From the IMG/VR virus record IMGVR_UViG_3300008120_009089: a stretch of DNA of 20,000 bases; one strand, 5' to 3'. A model generated the notes under the pieces. It was not told where the DNA came from. It did no database searches and saw nothing but the letters and a program-made list of their open reading frames with translations. Source of the DNA: an uncultured virus (IMG/VR IMGVR_UViG_3300008120_009089). Its lineage: Duplodnaviria > Heunggongvirae > Uroviricota > Caudoviricetes. Positions 17,215 through 20,000 of this stretch are shown here, one piece after another. Within the stretch, counting starts at the first letter, position 1; each line of letters opens with the position of its first letter. Position numbers and translations under genes: made by a program.

Positions 17215-18704
17215 TGACTAAAGAAGAATTAAAAAAATTATTTTCAAAACCTGATTGGACTGATGAAACTATTATAGAAGCTGATAAAGTTGTTAGTAGA
17301 ATCGCTAGTGAATATTTAGGTATTGAAACATATCCAAATCAATTTGAAATAATAACATCTGAACAAATGTTGGATGCTTATTCATTAATTGGTTTACCAA
17401 TTTCTTATAATCACTGGAAATTTGGTAAAGACTTTGTTATTAACTCAAATCAATATAAGAAAGGTAGAATGGGATTGGCTTATGAGTTAGTTATTAATTC
17501 AAATCCTTGTATATCTTACAATATGGAAGATAACACAACTTGTCTTATGATCTTAGTATTAGCTCACGCCGCATACGGTCATAACACATTCTTTAAAAAT
17601 AATTATCTTTTCAAACAATGGACTCAGGCAGATTCAATCATTGATTATATGGTCTTTGCTAAAGAGTTTGTTGCTAAATGCGAAGAGAAATACGGATTTG
17701 AAGAGGTAGAAATGGTTTTAGATGCTTGCCACGCCTTAATGAACTATGGTGTTGATAAATATAAAAAACCTAGAAAATTAAGTCCAACTGAAGAAGGAGA
17801 AAGACTTAAAAAGAAATTAGAAGATGATAGAATTCTTTTAAATGATTTATGGAGAACTATTCCTAAAGATGAGAAAGAAAAACTTAAAGAAAAAAGATTT
17901 CCTGAATCACCGGAAGAAAATATTCTTTACTTCATTGAGAAAAACTCTCCTAAGTTGAGAGGGTGGCAAAGAGAAATTGTTAGAATTGTTAGAAAAACTG
18001 CTCAATACTTTTACCCACAAGGTCAAACAAAAGTTATTAATGAAGGATGTGCTACTTTTACACACTATGAAATTATTAATAAAATGTTCGATGAAGGTTA
18101 TTTATCAGACGGTTTTATGCAAGAGTTTTATCATAATCATTCTAATGTTATTTTTCAACCAGGATTTGACTCTAAGTTTTACTCTGGATTGAATCCATAT
18201 ACATTAGGGTTCAATATCTTTCAAGATTTAAAAAGAATGTCTTTAAACCCAACTAAAGAAGATTTGGAATGGTTTCCTAAGATTGCTGGAAAAGGTAATT
18301 GGGCTGAAAACTTCAAATATATCGTTGAAAACTTTAAAGATGAAACATTTGTTTTACAATATCTTTCACCTAAGGTTATTAGAGATATGAAATTATTTGA
18401 AATTGATGATAAAATGGATAATAACTATTATGAAGTTAGTTCTATACATAATGAGAATGGTTATAAAAAAGTAAGAGAATCTTTATCACAATCTTATAAT
18501 AGAAGTAGATACGTACCAGATATTCAAGTATATGATGTTGATATATTCGGAGATAGAACACTTACTTTAGAATATACACCTATTAATAATAAAGGTCTAG
18601 ATTATAATGATATTAAAAAAGTTTTACCTCACGTTGAATATCTATGGGGATTCCCAGTTAGAATGACTGAAAATGGTAAAGAATTAGCAACTACAAAGAA
18701 ATAA
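17211..18704 (+). CDS. spoVR: SpoVR/YcgB family protein
   Basis: YPNQFEIITSEQMLDAYS, GLAYELVINSNPCISY, AHAAYGHNTFFKNNYLF, QYFYPQGQTKVINEGCATFTHY, NPYTLGF, LWGFPV. Confidence 0.95.
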   Translation: MMTKEELKKLFSKPDWTDETIIEADKVVSRIASEYLGIETYPNQFEIITSEQMLDAYSLIGLPISYNHWKFGKDFVINSNQYKKGRMGLAYELVINSNPCISYNMEDNTTCLMILVLAHAAYGHNTFFKNNYLFKQWTQADSIIDYMVFAKEFVAKCEEKYGFEEVEMVLDACHALMNYGVDKYKKPRKLSPTEEGERLKKKLEDDRILLNDLWRTIPKDEKEKLKEKRFPESPEENILYFIEKNSPKLRGWQREIVRIVRKTAQYFYPQGQTKVINEGCATFTHYEIINKMFDEGYLSDGFMQEFYHNHSNVIFQPGFDSKFYSGLNPYTLGFNIFQDLKRMSLNPTKEDLEWFPKIAGKGNWAENFKYIVENFKDETFVLQYLSPKVIRDMKLFEIDDKMDNNYYEVSSIHNENGYKKVRESLSQSYNRSRYVPDIQVYDVDIFGDRTLTLEYTPINNKGLDYNDIKKVLPHVEYLWGFPVRMTENGKELATTKK

Positions 18705-18708
18705 AAAG

Positions 18709-18735
18709 AAACCCACTCATTTGAGTGGGTTTTTT
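18709..18735. terminator. Bidirectional intrinsic terminator
   Basis: AAACCCACTC-ATTT-GAGTGGGTTTTTT between convergent genes. Confidence 0.85.
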
Positions 18736-18941
18736 AATATATCATCTAATTTTTCATCTCTTACTTTTGAAACAGATTTAAAATCCGATAAATAAGCTTG
18801 AATTGTTTTATATCCTACTGATGTAGTCTTATCAGGTATTTTAACCCAAACACATTTAGGGTGTTCGTGTTCAAATATTTCATAGGTTTTTCCTATTTCT
18901 ATCTCACTTCTATTTGAAGTATTACTAATACAAATATACAT
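18717..18941 (-). CDS. Small hypothetical protein (74 aa), likely paralog of 10626..10838
   Basis: MYICISN...IEIGKTYE...VRDEKLDDILK; TATATTTG box on the minus strand at 18960-18967. Confidence 0.75.
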   Translation of the reverse strand: MYICISNTSNRSEIEIGKTYEIFEHEHPKCVWVKIPDKTTSVGYKTIQAYLSDFKSVSKVRDEKLDDILKNPLK

Positions 18942-18979
18942 ATCACCAATTTATAAAAACAAATATAATAAAAATTATG

Positions 18980-19651
18980 TTATTTAACTTTTATTTTATA
19001 TGCTTTTTCAACTTTAGCTCCTCTTAAATCATATTTAGATAAATCAACATTTTCAATTTTACCTAAAGTTTTTAATTTACCTATTTTATTTTCAATTGGT
19101 TTTAAAGAACAAAAAGCAATAGTTCCACCTACTTCAGATACTTTTGACTCCATTCTAGATGAAGCATTTACAGCATTTCCGAAAAAGTCTCTTAACTCAA
19201 CCTTTTGAATACTATATGTTTTTTCATCCATATGACCTTCACAAATACCAACTCTTAAACTATAAGCTTTTTCATTAAGTATAAGTTCTTTTGAGAATTT
19301 AATAGCATTGAATAATGAGTTCTCATTTGGTTCAAAATAAACCATGAAAGCATCACCAATTGTTTTAACAATCCATCCATTATTTTTAGAAGCTAAACTA
19401 TCCACTAATTTATGATGAGCTTCTAATTGACCAATCATAGTAACTGGATCATCAGACCACATTTTTGATGAACCTACAACATCAGTAAAAACCATTGTTG
19501 GAACTGGTCCCGATTTTTTCTGTAATTCTGGACTTTCTTTATATTCTTTTTGAGCTTGTGTTAAAACTCTTTCGGATCTTACATTTGATTTATTATCAGT
19601 TGGTTCTTGCTCATCAGCTTCAAATAAACGAAAATTATTGATGTGTTTCAT
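18980..19651 (-). CDS. Class III adenylate/guanylate cyclase catalytic domain protein
   Basis: VFTDVVGSS (metal Asp), VKTIGDAFM (Lys, second Asp), LRVGI, DFFGNAVNASSRME (Asp, Asn, Arg). Confidence 0.92.
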   Translation of the reverse strand: MKHINNFRLFEADEQEPTDNKSNVRSERVLTQAQKEYKESPELQKKSGPVPTMVFTDVVGSSKMWSDDPVTMIGQLEAHHKLVDSLASKNNGWIVKTIGDAFMVYFEPNENSLFNAIKFSKELILNEKAYSLRVGICEGHMDEKTYSIQKVELRDFFGNAVNASSRMESKVSEVGGTIAFCSLKPIENKIGKLKTLGKIENVDLSKYDLRGAKVEKAYKIKVK

Positions 19652-19970
19652 TTGTTAGTTTATTTTTTATAAGAGCACACTTTTCATACTCTTCTTTTTC
19701 TTCTAATTCAGGAAGTAATTTTTTCAATTCATATACATCATTTAGTTCTAAACAAACCCAGAACTTTATATCAGATAAATCACTATAATCTTCGATATAA
19801 TGATCGATTATATCATTTACTTCATTACTATGTTCAGCTTTCATAAAGATATCTTCCCACTTATCTATACAGTTTCTTTTTAGATAATCTAATATCTCAT
19901 CAACTATAACTTCAATATGTAATTCTTTTTCTGTTGAAAAATTCTCATTAAATCTTTTTAAGTATTTCAT
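19635..19970 (-). CDS. Hypothetical protein with MKYLKRFNE leader and C-terminal UVR-like motif
   Basis: 111 aa; LEEKEEYEKCALIKNKL resembles the UvrB/UvrC coiled-coil motif. Confidence 0.75.
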   Translation of the reverse strand: MKYLKRFNENFSTEKELHIEVIVDEILDYLKRNCIDKWEDIFMKAEHSNEVNDIIDHYIEDYSDLSDIKFWVCLELNDVYELKKLLPELEEKEEYEKCALIKNKLTNETHQ

Positions 19971-20000
19971 AATATAAAAAAAAATAGTTTTATATATATA

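Noticed and set aside
12715..18192. ORFs 12715..12945, 14170..14424, 14782..14964, 16428..16955, 17977..18192
   Set aside because: Antisense or out-of-frame ORFs nested in longer supported genes, with no motifs of their own
18980..19970. Pycsar/CBASS-type defence operon
   Set aside because: The cyclase has adenylate-type specificity residues, and no adjacent cNMP-binding, TIR or transmembrane effector is visible
1..20000. Stop-codon reassignment as in some huge phages
   Set aside because: All recognisable genes are full length under the standard bacterial code and coding density is high
1..20000. tRNA, rRNA or CRISPR arrays
   Set aside because: Intergenic gaps are short and AT-rich; no cloverleaf or repeat-spacer pattern seen by eye

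Overview
Very AT-rich, gene-dense 20 kb segment that reads as part of a large (jumbo/huge) phage genome, probably infecting a Bacteroidota host. The phage call is inferred from a T4 Rnl1-like ligase, a free-standing endonuclease, many short orphan ORFs, TAnnTTTG promoter boxes and A-rich starts without Shine-Dalgarno sites; no structural gene is in the window. It encodes a dispersed Hsp70 system (dnaJ partial, grpE, dnaK), two different RNA ligases, a cytidylyltransferase, a GT2 glycosyltransferase, a Nudix hydrolase, a HAD 5'(3')-nucleotidase, a complete prkA(yeaG)-yeaH-spoVR(ycgB) module and a stand-alone class III nucleotide cyclase. Most notable: (1) an antisense Vsr/DUF559-like endonuclease gene lies between a truncated RNA-ligase 5' end and an intact ligase that starts with a recoded copy of that 5' end and has its own promoter; (2) six unrelated proteins share an N-terminal leader resembling the T4 capsid-targeting sequence, and four of them sit behind an identical TTAATATATA box; (3) four ORFs share a C-terminal R(D/E)xxLxx(I/L/T)LK tail; (4) three promoter classes are visible.
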